Below, piece after piece: positions 1 to 13,491 of a stretch of 64,000 nt of DNA. The notes under the pieces are model-generated. The model was not told the origin of the DNA. It searched no databases and was given only the letters and a program-made list of their open reading frames with translations. The stretch is from NCBI GenBank assembly GCA_951406725.2, contig OX597814.1, positions 199,206,001 through 199,270,000 on the forward strand. The letters are read 5' to 3'. The DNA comes from Octopus vulgaris. Its lineage: Eukaryota. Within the stretch, counting starts at the first letter, position 1. Each line of letters begins with the position of its first letter. Both the position numbers and the translations under genes were made by a program.

Positions 1-149
1 AAACACGAAGAGCTGAAATCGAGGAAAGCCGGCTGATAGGTATAAATATATATATACACACACACAAACTTACTGTTAACAAAAGTCGGGATGCGTGGTA
101 TTGAGTCATTCGATAAAGCCAGTCCTTCGTAGCTATAAATCATTTACAC

Positions 150-280
150 TTGAATGAAGTAATGAGGAATGAAGTGTTTTGCTAAAAAAAAAAAAAAATT
201 AAATGGGTACACCCGAGTAAGAAACCACGATCTTGCGACAGAGTATGCACTTCTAACAAGCACTAGGCCACGCGCCTTCC
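150..280 (-). mobile_element. degenerate tRNA-derived SINE head with CORE-like segment
   Basis: Reverse strand reads ggaaggcgcgtggcctagtg..ttag (A-box-like) and ends in ttagcaaaacacttcatttc; similar to the cleaner copy at 20930-21131. Confidence 0.6.
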
Positions 281-300
281 CCTTAGACATCATACTTGTA

Positions 301-597
301 ATATATTCTGTTTAACCGAGGTCGATTTTGCCTTTCATCCTTTCAGGATCGATAAATTAACAGTTGCGTACTGGGGTTGATCTAATCGACTGGCCCACTT
401 CCCAAGAATTTCGAGCCTTGTGCCTAAAGTAGAGAAGAATATATTGTATTTAACCGAGGTCGAACTTTGCCTTTCGACCTTTCGGGGTTGATAAATTAAG
501 TACCAGTTACGTAATGGAGTCGATCTCATCGATCGGCCCCCACCTCAAAAATTTCAGGTTTTGTGCCTAGAGTAGAAAAGAATATATTCTATTTAAT
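301..597 (+). mobile_element. two tandem 5'-truncated SINE-A (older tail variant) units
   Basis: Twice ccgaggtcga..ttgcctttc..cctttc.gg.tcgataaattaa...ttgtgccta.agtaga.aagaat; each unit bounded by atatatt(c/g)t(g/a)tttaa. Confidence 0.75.
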
Positions 598-829
598 GAG
601 CCAACGGATGTATCTCTGTTTGTCGTTCCATTTGCTGAAAATAGCATCCAAATATTTAGCAAATATTAACCTACGTTAAAAGAAAGGTCGCTATAGACAA
701 TATAGTCCTTTCTAACAATGTATCCAGATAAAAGAAGGGTTGATTTCCGCTTGAAGAATGTTGTTTTCTCGTTGCAGTACCTGTTCAATCAGGGGTGACC
801 GGGGACTAAAATATTCCTTCTACTATACA

Positions 830-1412
830 CACAAGACCTTATTTGAATTTAGTGAGAAGGGGCCATCTATTTCATACACTCAGTACTTGAGTGGTACTTA
901 TTTTTTCGACCTCAAAAGCAGTACATTTTTATCGACCCCGAAAGGATGAAAGGCAAAGTCGACCTCGGCAGAATATGAACTCAGAACGTATAGATGGAAA
1001 TACCTATTTCTTTACTACCCACAAGGGGCTAAACACAGAGAGGATAAACAAGGACAGACAAACGGATTAAGTCGATTATATCGATCCCAGTGCGTAACTG
1101 GTACTTATTTAATCGACCCCGAAAGGATGAAAGGCAAAGTCGACCTCGGCGGAATTTGAACTCAATGTAAAGACGGACGAAATACCTATTTCTTTACTAC
1201 CCACAAGGGGCTAAACACAGAGAGGACAAACAAGGACATACAAACGGATTAAGTCGATCATATCGAATCCAGTGAGTAACTAGTACTTATTTAATCGACC
1301 CCGAAAAGATGAAAGGCAAAGTCGACCTCGGCAGAATTTGAACTCAGAACGTAGCGGGAGACGGAAGACCGCTAAGCATTTCGCCCGGTGTGAAAACGAT
1401 TCAGCCAGCTCC
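830..1412 (-). mobile_element. SINE-A trimer (tRNA-derived, octopus OK/OR-type SINE)
   Basis: Three repeats of tcgaccccgaaaggatgaaaggcaaagtcgacctcggc; junctions gaaatacc|tatttctttac near 1003 and 1186; single head at the right end. Confidence 0.85.
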
Positions 1413-2357
1413 ACAAAATCTCTACGATGATGAGGAGGAATATACCGGTTCTTTTGTATAGAAGAGGCGGTATTGCTATGAATTCAGCTCCATCAGCTTA
1501 TTTACAACCATGTACAAGTTATGCGCACACAAAATGCAAAAGGGTGGAAAACAAATTAATCTAATTTTTCGAAAAAAAAAACTTTTAATAAAGAACAAAG
1601 CATTTAAGAGTTTCCTATTATTTTTATTCTCTCTCCCTCTCTGTCTTTCGCTTGTTAATTTGTGTGTGGAGTCAGTCACCCTCGCACATTAGTATTGCCT
1701 TTACAGGGAGACAACTCTCTTTCTTATGAAACTAACTTATCTCTCCGTTCCGATTAAAAATTACTTTGTATGTTATCTGTCCCTACAAGTTAATTAATAT
1801 TGCTAGAACTTCTAGTCACAGAAAGTGGATAGCATTTTATCTGATTGATTTCATTCATTTAAATGGATAACATTTATTTTTCTAACATTTTGCTAATTCT
1901 TTCTCTTCTACAGTGAAAGTTTTACGATAGAAATATTTTAGCTGATATTGTTAAGCCGCAGATTTAGCCCTATGTATCTAGATTAAATTTATTACTAAAA
2001 ACATTACAGTACTGACCATCGCAGCTTTGCTCTGGGCACTGTACACCCAACATCCAGCTGGTTGGGCGCAGTCAGTGAGAGATTTGGGTACTATTTCTAG
2101 TAAGTCGCGGAACAGCATTTACAGCCCCCCTCGTCTACTCCTAATTTTTCAGCCTAGTTTCTAAGGTAATCCAGCCTACATTTGAAATCCTTTCTTATTT
2201 TCATGTCCAGAGAAGAAAACAATGATATCAATGTTTACTTTTTTCCTGATTTTCATTTCATTTATTTAAAGGCATTAAGCCTCATCTCTCTCGCGCGCTC
2301 CCACCCTCACACTTTACAAGGAACTTTTCTCATCTGTATCTCCATGGATCAGAGGAA

Positions 2358-2590
2358 AGGCGGCGGGCTGGCAGAATCGTTAGCACACCGGACGAAATGC
2401 TTAGCGGTATTTCGTCTGCCGCTACGTTCTGCGTTCAAATTCTGCCGAGGGCGACTTTGCCTTTCATCCTTTCGGAGTCGATAAATTAAGTACCAGTTAC
2501 GCACTGGGGTCAATGTAATCGACTTAATCCGTTTGTCTGTCCTTGTTTGTGCCCTCTATGTTTAGCCTCCCTGTGGGCAATAAAGAAATA
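2358..2590 (+). mobile_element. full-length SINE-A monomer
   Basis: Head ggcggcgggctggcagaatcgttagc, B-box gttcaaattc, tail aataaagaaata; 11-bp direct repeat agaggaaaggc at 2351-2361 and 2591-2601. Confidence 0.9.
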
Positions 2591-3397
2591 AGAGGAAAGG
2601 CAAAGCCAGTGTGTTTGAGAAAAACAACTAAACGACCAAGAAAATTAACAACGCTCTTTATTGTCTTCGTTAAGTTCATGTTTCCTTGAAAAAGGCGATT
2701 ACTTATATTTTTACTATCAGTGAGTTTATCCACACTCCACTCACTGGGAGAAGACCCTAGAGTGATGGTCCGATAACAAAACAGAAATTACCGGTTTCTC
2801 TAATTACCAGTAGCAAATCATTTTTCATCAGGCCTGACACATTACCAATATTCATTAATATTAATCAAAACTGTTTGCCAATAAAAAGGCGACAAAATTT
2901 AGCATCTGTCAATATCAAATGTCTGAATGTTTGACACGAATTCTTGTAAATAAGGTTACATTATTTTTATAAAATGTTAACTGATACTAGTCTGCAGAAG
3001 TTTTACTGCGATCCCACCTATCTACGCTCTGTGTTCAAATCCAGCTAAAGTCGACTTTTTCGGAATCGATAAAATAAAAATGTACCAATCTAGGGGTATA
3101 CTGCAGGAAAAATGCTGAGCTGGACGCCTTACGATATTTCTTCCGGTTCCTTCAATTCAAATCAGGTTCAAGGGTTCTTGACTCAATCCGGTGTCCGTGT
3201 AACCCCATCACTTAGTACCTTGGGTTCCTTTAGTGAAATCCATTCTGTTGCGAGCACTCGGGTTAGGTCACTAGTTTGAGGGTAATTTTATGCTACAATT
3301 CACGGAGGCCTTGTGGTGGTATCACCGCTGCTCTTCTTCTAGACTAAAAATATTTTTTATAAAATTAACTTTTTTAATATTTACATCTATATATATA

Positions 3398-3690
3398 GTG
3401 GAGGCACATGGCCTAGTGGTTAGAGCAGCGGACTCGCGGTCGAGGTATCGCGGGTTCGAATCTCAGACCGGGCGATGTGTGTTTATGAGCGAAGCACCTA
3501 AGCTCCACGCAATTCCGACAGAAGGTAATGGCGAACTTCTGCTGACTCTTTCTCTCACTTTTTCCTCCTGCATCATGCAGCTCACCTGCGACGGACAGGC
3601 GTCCCGTCCAGGTGGGGAACCTATACGCCAAGGAAACCCGGAAACCGGCCCTTATGAGCCATGCGTGGCTCGAGTAAGAACAAACAACAT
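3398..3690 (+). mobile_element. SINE-C, tRNA(Arg)-like head
   Basis: tggcctagtggttagagc A-box, gactcgcggtc anticodon-arm-like, ggttcgaatc B-box; TSD catctatatat; second copy at 30707-31000 (-). Confidence 0.85.
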
Positions 3691-4001
3691 CATCTATATA
3701 TGCGTTATCAATCTGATCGCTGATCGTTATCATGTACCTTATTCCTCCATGTGTACCAGACTAGAATCGAACTTGCACACTATATTTCTAAACTAAAACG
3801 AATAATGCTCTTTTCCATTTTGAGGTTCCGAATTTCAGTCCCTTTGGGAAATGTGTTGACAACCAAGAATGAGAGCCTGGTTGACGATTGAAAATCAATT
3901 CAAACGAAATATAGTGTAGTTGTTTTAAGTTTGGAAGTTTTTTTTATTATTCCGTATAATGAATAAATAATGAAGTTATCGGCATCCAAATTTTTTACTT
4001 G

Positions 4002-4033
<32 letters not shown>

Positions 4034-4809
4034 GTTGTAGTCGTTATGGTTCGTTGTCATAATCATCATGGTCGTCGTCATAGACGTTTTCACCATTATC
4101 ATCATTATCACTATCTGTCGGCGACAACTTGCAATTGCATCGTGCACAGTGACGGGTGCGCCACTTGTCATCTCTATCCATCACCCGTGTCCTAAATTCA
4201 ACAGTGGTCGTAACAATACTGATTCCCATCAGAGATTGAATATGGCTTCGGAAGTACACCCGTGATTTGTCCTCCCATGAGTCAGGCATTCTTAAAATTA
4301 ACACGGAAAACATTACAATGCATATCGGTTGCCTTGACAAATGGAAAGTGTGAACAGTGAATAGAAATACTAACGCATTAACACAAGGTAGTAATAATGG
4401 CAGATGATCCTGGTGTTGTGTCTAATATTCATTTCTATTTTTTATATATGTTTTATGTCCCACATGTTTTGTTTCGTCACCTCTATGTTAGCCCGCATGG
4501 GTAATAAAAAAAACAGATACTGGTGTTGTGTAGACTGCATGCGCCTGGCGGCTACGTCCATCAAAATCTTCGTTATTTAGGAGAATAACATCGCTGTTCC
4601 TTTCATCCACACGTTGGATGAAGAATGATGCATCCCATACTGTTACGATTCTCGTTTTCTTACATGCAATTCTCACAAAAAATAGATATTTCATATCAAA
4701 TATACATTATTCTCAGAAGAAAGATACTGAAAATATACACCGGTAAAACTAAGACAACTACCAAATACACAGAAAAGAAACACATGTTAAAGAAACTCGA
4801 AAGTACTCT

Positions 4810-4912
<103 letters not shown>

Positions 4913-5162
4913 TTTATCACTCAATTTATCCGTGTACAGCTTATAATTGTGACTGTTATACGCTTTACAAATGCTAGGCTCAACTATATGATTACAAAGT
5001 TATGAAGATTCCTTCTCGACCATGTAAGTTCCAGGTGAGATCCGACTGCGAGGCACCTTGATCAAGTATCTTCTAGCATAGAAGAGACTCAGGTATTCGC
5101 CTGAATTTCCTCTGAAGTTTTTATTCGCAAATACGCATCATTTCATAAACAATAAAAATACG

Positions 5163-5401
5163 TAAAGGTTGCCCCAAAATTAGGTTTACAGTTATCACGT
5201 AGGTACGTTAAATTTGTTTGAAAACATTTTATTACATTTAAATTTCTATCTTCCAAACTGAAAAGGGAGCTTGACAAAATTAACTAAATTAGCACAGATT
5301 AGTGGTTTCTTATTTTGTCATACTTAAGATCTAAACTGTAAATATATGAATGCGAAAGAGATAGTTGAATAACTGTAAAACTACTTTCGAGCCACCCTGT
5401 A
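5163..5401. mobile_element. Tc1/mariner-superfamily MITE
   Basis: Imperfect ~30-bp TIRs taaaggttgccccaaaattaggtttacagtt / aactgtaaaactactttcgagccaccctgta, TA ends. Confidence 0.7.
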
Positions 5402-7249
5402 TATAGATCATATATAACTGAATCATTGTTTAGTTACCAATCAGTCTGTCTGTCGATTTTTAAATATTAACTATAACTTGATTGGATGAGTTAAAAACAT
5501 TTAACAGATTGCTTTTCTTAAAGGAAGCTAGTCATCATAAAGAACATTAACTCTTATATACTATTTTAAAACTCTTAAGAGTTATTTCCCTTTAAACAAA
5601 TAGCCCAATCTTTAGTTGCATGGTTTACTAGTTTCCAGGTTTTGAGTTAATTTTTTCTCTACAAACATTCATCACCAAGATGTTTGAAAACTTTATATCA
5701 CATATTTTAAATATTAGATCCAGCATAGGATTCCTAAAGGTAATTGTCTAATTTTGTATTTATTTAGTATTCCAATGTTTGTTTCTTTCTCGGTTATTGG
5801 AAATTAATTTTCTATTATAATGTAAAGTAGCACATTTTCCAGATCGGGTTTCTCTGAAAATAAATGTATTTTAATTAATATTTTTGAATGAAATTTTTAG
5901 AATATAACATAAATATAATTCTTTAGTCAAATTTTAATTTTATTATTTTCTTTTAACAGCAAATATTTCTATAAAATGCTTTCGTGAATGCCGGCTTTTC
6001 TGATGCATTACGTTGAACTCCATTATGGCTTTTATACTTGTATAATTACTAATTAACATTAAAGGTCTTATTCACATGCTAGGCTGGACTATTAATTGGC
6101 TACCGAGTTAGTCTGGCTCTATAAGCCTTATTTTAAAAGTATTTCTAGCCATAACTATTCCTTCATTTTCGTATATCAGAGGCTATGTTATCCATCATAT
6201 AATTCTTTTAGATCGTAACGTGTGATTTAGCTTCTATTTCTACAAGGTCAGTTGGTCGCTTATGTATTCCTTTGATACTTCGTGAGATGGTGTATTTTTT
6301 CACGTTGTTGTAGCGGCTTTTCGTGTATGGTCGCTTTGTTTATTACTAACGGATTAATTACAATTTCACCTCATTTGAGTAAAGTCTCTAGTTATGTTAG
6401 GCCTTGCAATCACTGATGGGATGATATATCCTAGCGATCTCATATCTGTAACTGCAAAATCTTAGTCCTGACGATTAGATTTTCTCTTCGGTCACATATA
6501 ATGGGTTTGTGTTTCTGCTACACACTCAAACATCCACTACCAAATTTAAAAGTTCTGGAGTAACTCACATGTACGTGTATCTCTGTATGTACGTATATAT
6601 ATATGCCGTGCGTGTGTACATATATATGTACGCATACATGTGCGTGCGTGCGTACGTACATGCCGAATACTGTCCTAATTGCAAATTGACCTGTCTGATA
6701 TTGATTTCAAATTTTGAAAAAAGGCCTGGCTTCATAAACCTTATTTTTAAAAGTATTCAAGCCATGACTTTTCCTTCTTTTTCGTATAACAGAGGTTATA
6801 CAATAATCCCTCTCGCGGTGTTACGTTCCAAAACCCACCGCGATAGGTAAAAATCTCCGAAGTAGAAACAGTATTGTATATATTTTTAAAATTATTTCTA
6901 TAATTTGTACACATAGGCGTAGGAGTGGCTGTGGTAAGTATCTATGGATGTATCTGTGTGAGCATCTGTGCGCGCATCTCTGTGCGTGTATCTGTGTATG
7001 TATCTATGTATCTATCTATTTATGTATCTAACTTATGATAGATAGATAGATAATACCCTGTCCAACCCTCATTAAACCCCGACGTCTCTCCATCACCATC
7101 CTTTCTCTCTCTTTCTCTCTTTTTCTTTTGTTTTCAGTTTACCGGTAGGTTTCTTTTGAGTCTCTTGCAATGTCAATAGCACAGTTTTCTTAACTAAATA
7201 TGATATATTAATTATTGATCTAATAAAGCTGCCTGTTTTTTCTACTAAA

Positions 7250-8330
7250 CTCTATCTTCCATTTCTTATTCGGCCTTCCGAAATCTATGATATATATATT
7301 TTCCTGTTTGAGTACAGTGTGTACAAACACTACAGACTAGTACTTGTTGCACTTTGCATCTACCTTGTATAGTATCTTACATTTTCTTTCTAACGTTCCT
7401 GGATTTGCCATGATATCTGAGACACACTCCATTCACATCTTTACTGACGATAACGCCAAACTTTTCCCCAACCCCTTCGTACAACCTTACTCTTTCCCAT
7501 TGGTTCTATCTGGAGAATTGTATGAGGTGGAAGAAATCCTCAGGTTTTTGTAGCTTGCAGATTTGATTCTAGCAGAATACACTTATCTTTTTTATAGATC
7601 CACTTTTAGTATGTTTATTTTTACATAGGGCAGGTCAGAGTAACCAAGTGCTGTGTGACCATCGTTTCACATTATGTAAATATGAGAATTGTATTTCCGT
7701 TTCCAAGTGTTTGCAGCCAGGGTTCAATATGTAAAATATATAGTGCCGGGAAGGATAGAAATGTTTCACCACGGTACTTTAGGGCCACATGACGCTTTCT
7801 TTTAACTCCTACATGTCATCCGCTCAAGTTACTTTAACCACATGGTTTACAACATTTTTCACATCTAGTTTAAATTACCGAAGTTATGAATGTTTTTGCT
7901 AAATACTATCCTAGTATCCATTCAAAAAGATCATAAAGTATTTAACTATGTCTGAGATGATACTGAAACACTGCCTAACCCATTTTTCCTGAATATATTA
8001 TTAAATTTAGATATATATCATATCAATGTTGTTTCTATTCTGGCTCTGATAGCTCTGAATTACATTTCTCTGAAGTTTGGATATGGTTAGTCTGTCGTTC
8101 CAATACTTGTTAAGGTTATTTTTTTACTAGCGAGGTAATGGCGAGTGGGCTTCCTCAACCAGGTCTGGTGGGGAAAAATCCTTTTTGGGTTATTTTTGTT
8201 TAAGTAATCATTATTGTATGTGACTTTTAGAAGTCCTGGTTTCTTGGAATTGTGAGAGTGATGTATACAACTGCCAACATACCTATCTGCATATAACAAT
8301 CCACATAATAGTCTATAAATAATTACCTAC
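7250..8330 (-). pseudogene. possible very degraded Penelope-like RT remnant
   Basis: Reverse-strand fragments LETEIQFS and LPYVKINI loosely resemble the PLE RT motifs (xIxFT, LPFLDV); many stops. Confidence 0.3.
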
Positions 8331-8339
8331 GCCCCCTAC

Positions 8340-8670
8340 ACAATTCCGGCCCACAAGCTAACATCACATAAATTCCTTGCAACACAGTCTCTTTCCCTCA
8401 CCAAGCCCTGCTCTATTTAAGACGATCCCAAAACAAATCAAAGAAGAAAACAATCCCATCACCTTCAAGCGAAGCTTTGACAAATTTCTTCAAGGGATAC
8501 GAGATAAGCCGCCTATTCCTGGATACATCGCTGTCAATACCTTCCTACTTGAATGGGCCATGATCCCACAAAACTTGACTTAAAATGACTTAACAGCAGG
8601 TGGTGCTATTAAGTTAGGCATGGCCTGTGCCAGTCTTTAGTCGAAACATATCTAAATTCTCTAAGTTTTA
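8340..8670 (+). mobile_element. 3' fragment of a second CR1-group LINE family
   Basis: Translates PALFKTIPKQIKEE..FKRSFDKFLQGIRDKPPIPGY; 3' UTR ggtggtgc..catggcc..gaaaca plus tail; paralog at 42220-42487. Confidence 0.8.
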
Positions 8671-8691
8671 TCTATTTTTCTCTTGTGCGTG

Positions 8692-8729
<38 letters not shown>

Positions 8730-8730
8730 A

Positions 8731-8920
8731 TAATGGGTAAAATTAATTAATAAATTAATAATTTTACCAAGTCGTTCGGTATGTTAAAAGAACCATTATC
8801 GGTAAACCTATACAAAAATTCTATAATTATGAGCATAATTATTATTAGGAATCAGCAACATTTGCTTCACCACATACCGAAATTTAGAAATAGCAGTGCT
8901 ATTCTTAAAATACTGTCTTA
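8731..8920 (-). mobile_element. short (TA)n-adjacent element end, Penelope pLTR-like tail
   Basis: Abuts (TA)n; small inverted repeats ggtaaaatta/taattttacc and ttcggtatgt/acataccgaa; terminus resembles the tails ending near 15624 and 63067. Confidence 0.4.
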
Positions 8921-9112
8921 TGGCAGAAACGTTAGCGCGCCATGCGAAATGCTTAGCGGTATTTCGTCTGTCGCAACGTTCTGAGTTCAAATTCCGGCGA
9001 AGTCGACTTTGCCTTTCATCCTTTCGGGGTCGATAAATTAAGTACCAGTTACGCACCGGGGTCGATGTAATCGACTTAATCCGTTTGTCTGTCCTTGTTT
9101 GTCCCCTCTATG
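8921..9112 (+). mobile_element. SINE-A, slightly truncated at both ends
   Basis: Matches 2358-2590. Confidence 0.85.
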
Positions 9113-10334
9113 TATATATATATATATATATGTATATAAAATACACACACACAAGTTGTATTGTTCTGCTCACTAATGCAACGAGGGCTACTGAGTATTG
9201 GTCAGACCACTGCGTAATACTAAGGTTTCATTGCAAGTGTGTCGCTTAACGTATTTTACAGCACTAAACATCAAGGTACTCCATTGTAGCAAGTTCAATG
9301 TTCAGGATATTTGTGATTACTTTTGTCACTTTCGTGTTATCAAACTGAAAGCTTCTACGGTACGCATCCCGTCCAGATAAATGCCATAGAGGGCAGGAAT
9401 TACAAAAGAATAAACCCTGGATTCAATTTGTTCGGCTAAAAGCGGTGGTCCAGCATGACTGCAGTCAAATAACTCAAACATGTATAAGAATAAAAGTTTG
9501 TGTGTGTGTATGTGTGCACTCTCTACGTCCATAGGAGTTGTTCTATAGCACTGGTCATCAAACCATGCGTCTCTGCTGAAAAACCAGTCAGAAAAATAAA
9601 GTGCAGGAGAGAAATCTTCAATCAGCTCATAAACCCAATAGTTTCACCAGCATTGGAAGGATTTTGTGAAATACCTGTTACAAATGAAGGAATCCACTGG
9701 ACAGAACATCATTCTAATAAAGATCTTGAAAGAAATTTTTCTTGGATGATGTACTCTCATAGTGCAGAGTACCTCTGCACCACGAGGAAGCTGCGTCGTA
9801 ATTTCAGAAAAGCATAGCATTACTAATAGATACTTCAACGTTGAAAAGAGTTAACATCGCTCAAATCCAAAATAGGAGGGTGACAAATGTTAGCTCTAAC
9901 TGGAGAGATTGTGGCCAAGTTTTTGTTCGAATGACTAGTCCGGTCAGCATCAGAAAACATCGTATAAGAGTTTCACAGTGACGTTTACAGCAACTGAGTC
10001 ACAGTCGAATTGATCTTTGTCAAGAAGAAGCCTCAAGAAAATTCAGGGAACAACAGCAGCAAATGTACTAAAGAACTGTAAACAGAGAATTTTTGTGGAG
10101 TGTTCTGAGGAAATTTATTTTTTTTAATTTGTGAATGTCTTCTGCTAATTCCACACGGGGATAATGTCTTGATTTGTCACGGCAGGGCAGATACCTGGTC
10201 TCGTTAATATAAAAATAAGACTATACAAACCTGCAAACTGGATCATACAGCGCTCAAATCTTCATTTCTGTGACTTTACCATTATGCAGAAAGATGAAAT
10301 GGGAAGCAGGACTCGCTAACGTCCTACTTGACAC

Positions 10335-10507
10335 ACATGCATATATACGACGGGCTTCTTTCAGTTTCCGTCTACCAAATCCACTCAGGGCTATGGTCGG
10401 CCCGAGGCTATTGTAGAAGACACTTGCCCAAGGTGCCACGCAGTGGGACTGAACCCAGAACCATGTGGTTGGTAAGCAAAATACTTACTACACATCCACT
10501 CCTACGC
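10335..10507 (-). mobile_element. SINE-B 5' half
   Basis: Reverse of ggcgtaggagtgg..ggttcagtcccactgcgtggcaccttgggcaagtg..gacggaaactgaaagaagcccgtcg. Confidence 0.85.
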
Positions 10508-10955
10508 CAGCACCCTACTACAAAATTAGACCTGAACAAATATTTAAGTTACAGTATGGTAATGCCTGTGGAGGTCATCATCTCGGCTTATAAAAGAATA
10601 GGAGAGACAACATCCAGGAACCTGAGGTTAATCCTCAACAATTGCACCGTCTCATGTCTCACCATTTTATCCCATGCAATAGCTACAATAAGCCGCATTC
10701 ACACGTTCCAGATACTCAATCAGCTTAATTCTCAACAACTGCAAACTGGAAGAGTCTCGTAAATAGAAATCCACCTTCAGCCCCACACAAGCAGCATTAA
10801 ATTCATGATAAACAGGCATCAGTTAAGATGCTTCAAACAAATAGTGTATCCCGGGACCGGTGTGGATGTGTGGTAAGAAGCTTGCTTCCCAACCACATGG
10901 TTCCAGGTTCTGTCTTATGACACAAACACTTGGACGAGTGGTTTCTAGATGTCTA

Positions 10956-11030
<75 letters not shown>

Positions 11031-11032
<2 letters not shown>

Positions 11033-12238
11033 TACACAAGTTGCACTTAATAAACTGGCGCCCTTTTATATTCTTAATTTCGCGCATGTGCATCGATTGT
11101 TTTTGATTTTGTCGACTACACGATATAGTTAGTTGGGTACCGTCTATGAGAAAAAACAACAAAATTGCCAGAAATTTGGAAACTACATGTTGTACTTCTT
11201 GGCATTCACGCCGGAATTTCCAATACGTACAACAACTGTTGGCTTGCCGTGTCCCCAAAACAGCTACCGAGAGTGATAAAAATCAAACATCCAGTCAACA
11301 TCATAGTGTTTGGATTGGTCACTAGTGATGGCGAATTTATGTCTCCATTCATCTTCCTACATGCCTCATACTCAAGACAGAGGCCTGCATCAAGTGCCTG
11401 AAGATGGTATGCTGCCCTAGGTAAAGAGGGTAGCTGCTGGAAGACCCTGTGTCTGGGAACAGGACTCTGCACCATGCTACACAAGCAGGAGAATCCAGTC
11501 ATGGCTGTCAGACAATTTTTACAGCCACTTCACACATAACATCTGGCTACATAACTCCTTATACTGCAACCCTCTTGATTATTAAGTATGTGGTGCATTT
11601 GAGAGACAGACCAACGAAACGTCTTGTAACACCAAAGATGAACTGAAGGCAAGGATTATGGCAGCATTCCCCAACTTAAACAAGGAGACTGTCCAAAAGA
11701 GATGCAGGAGATTCTGAAGTCGTCTGGATGCCGTGGATGAAGCCAATGGCGATTTTATTAAATTAATTTATTCCTTAGAATTTCAATATATTTTAATGTA
11801 ATTTTGGTAAATATATCTGTTAAGTGAAGGCACATGGCTCAGTGGTTAGAGCGTCGAGCTTACGATCGTGAGGTTGTGACTTCGATTCCCGGATCGGGCT
11901 GCGTGTTGTGTTCTTGAGCAAGACACTTAGTTTCACGTTGCTCCAGTTCACTCAGCTGTAGAAATGAGTTGCAACATCACTGGTACCAAGCTGTATCGGT
12001 CTTTGCCTTTCGCTTGGATTACACTGGTGGTGTGGAGAGGGGAGGCCAGTATACATGGGCGACTGCTGATCTTCCATAAACAACCTTGCTCGGACTTGTT
12101 CCTGGGAGGGTAACTTTCTAGGTGCAATCCCATGGTCATTCATGACCGATTGGGATCACGATATCTGTTAAAATGAGATGTCTGTGTTATTTTCATTTTT
12201 TGCGTAATTTAGACGAGAATATTTTCACGCACCCTGTC
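11031..12238 (+). mobile_element. deleted Tc1/mariner-superfamily transposon, DD37D/maT-like, interrupted by a SINE
   Basis: Fragments KHPVNIIVFGLVTSDG and QDSAPCYTSRRIQSWLSDNF; right end caccctgt; frameshifted. Confidence 0.7.
11824..12160 (+). mobile_element. tRNA-derived SINE with CORE-like segment, nested in the transposon
   Basis: tggctcagtggttagagc, ttcgattcc, ttcttgagcaagacact; TSD atatctgttaa on both sides. Confidence 0.85.
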
Positions 12239-13491
12239 TATATATCACTGTGGTCACCTTCAGTGTTTTGACTCCGTCATAGTTTTGGAAATAACTTGTT
12301 AATATTTTTTGTTTGCAATATTCCTTTCACAATAATGCAAAAATAAGACCAAACTTAGAGTTGAAACCGGTTGGAAAAGACCTGTTACTATCTTTTGCCA
12401 TAAAGTGTATTTTGAAATCATGTACACATTAAATGTTATTACATTCTAAAATTAAATAAAAACTTTTAGTACATTTTCTATTTTACTTTTTGTTTCTTAA
12501 ATATATATGATTTGAGTGATATTTTAAACTTCTAAACTTTTTCACTACAAACAGTCACGTACACGTATACGCACATAGATACATACACATTTATACATAC
12601 ATGAAGTGAGAGTAAGAGAGATTCGAAGTTGGATTCCCGAGGGCGATGTTTACAACATTCTCTCGCCTTCTCGTGTGTGTGTATGTCTGTGTGTGTACGC
12701 GTGTGTGTGCATTCGTCTGTGTTTGTAAGCACATCATTCTATAGAATGATTAATAAAATTTGAGTATATTTCTAAAGTATCCAATAACTAGTAATATGCT
12801 GGCAGATAAAGATGAAATGAAATCTTGTTTGAATTTGCAAGTCCGAAAAAAAAATATATGTAAACACATGTCTATAAAAGGAACAGATAAAGTTTTTAGT
12901 ACTAGAATTTCTAGCTGCGAGAGATATTCTCTAGTTTATTGTAAAATGTGTTTTGTTGTAAGGTGAGTCTATTTGAAGTAGTCTGTTAGAGCAACAGTCA
13001 TATCAACAACAGAAAGCAAATATTAATGTTTATATTAACAACGGTTTAGCCTTTAAGTAATTATTTAAAATTTGATCCAGACTTCAATTTCACTACGGAT
13101 CGTAACAATTTTCTACACCTGTATTTGTTCCACAATAAATATAACGAAATGAGTAAAACAACGAAGCATGAGTATTATTTAACAGATTCTATAATAATCA
13201 CCGCATATTTCTCGGAAAAAAATTAATAAACAGACGGGTAAAAGAAAAAAATATATAACAACGCGTGTAAACCATGTTTACTGAATAGAGAGTAAGTGCT
13301 TTGTATTTTTAATTCTGCTCTCAGCTCTGAATAACACCAATTATAAAAGGAATCAATTTTTATGTTTTCTCCATTCAATTTGGTTCTGATACCTAAATGG
13401 TTCCAACCATCTGTAAATATATGTTATAAATGCACCCACTTCACAACACACGCGTCATATGTACCCATGTGTAACAGTATATTATGCATAT

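Noticed and set aside
830-1412. Regularly spaced repeats resembling a CRISPR array
   Set aside because: The intervening sequences are also repeated, the units are SINE bodies, the context is eukaryotic and there are no cas genes
2785-2835. Minus-strand CTGATGA..GAAACCGGTA hammerhead-like motif
   Set aside because: Stem I cannot form and stem II is poor; at best a decayed relic
3398-3475. tRNA-Arg-like sequence as a real tRNA gene (also 13492, 25820)
   Set aside because: Acceptor stem is incomplete and the sequence continues into a SINE body with TSDs
8808-9056. Recurrent peptide MRNWYLIYRPRKDERQSR (also at 20318, 28701, 54026)
   Set aside because: Antisense translation of SINE-A, not a gene family
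9530-10130. Possible degraded DNA-transposon coding remnant
   Set aside because: No diagnostic motif or TIR that I can identify with confidence
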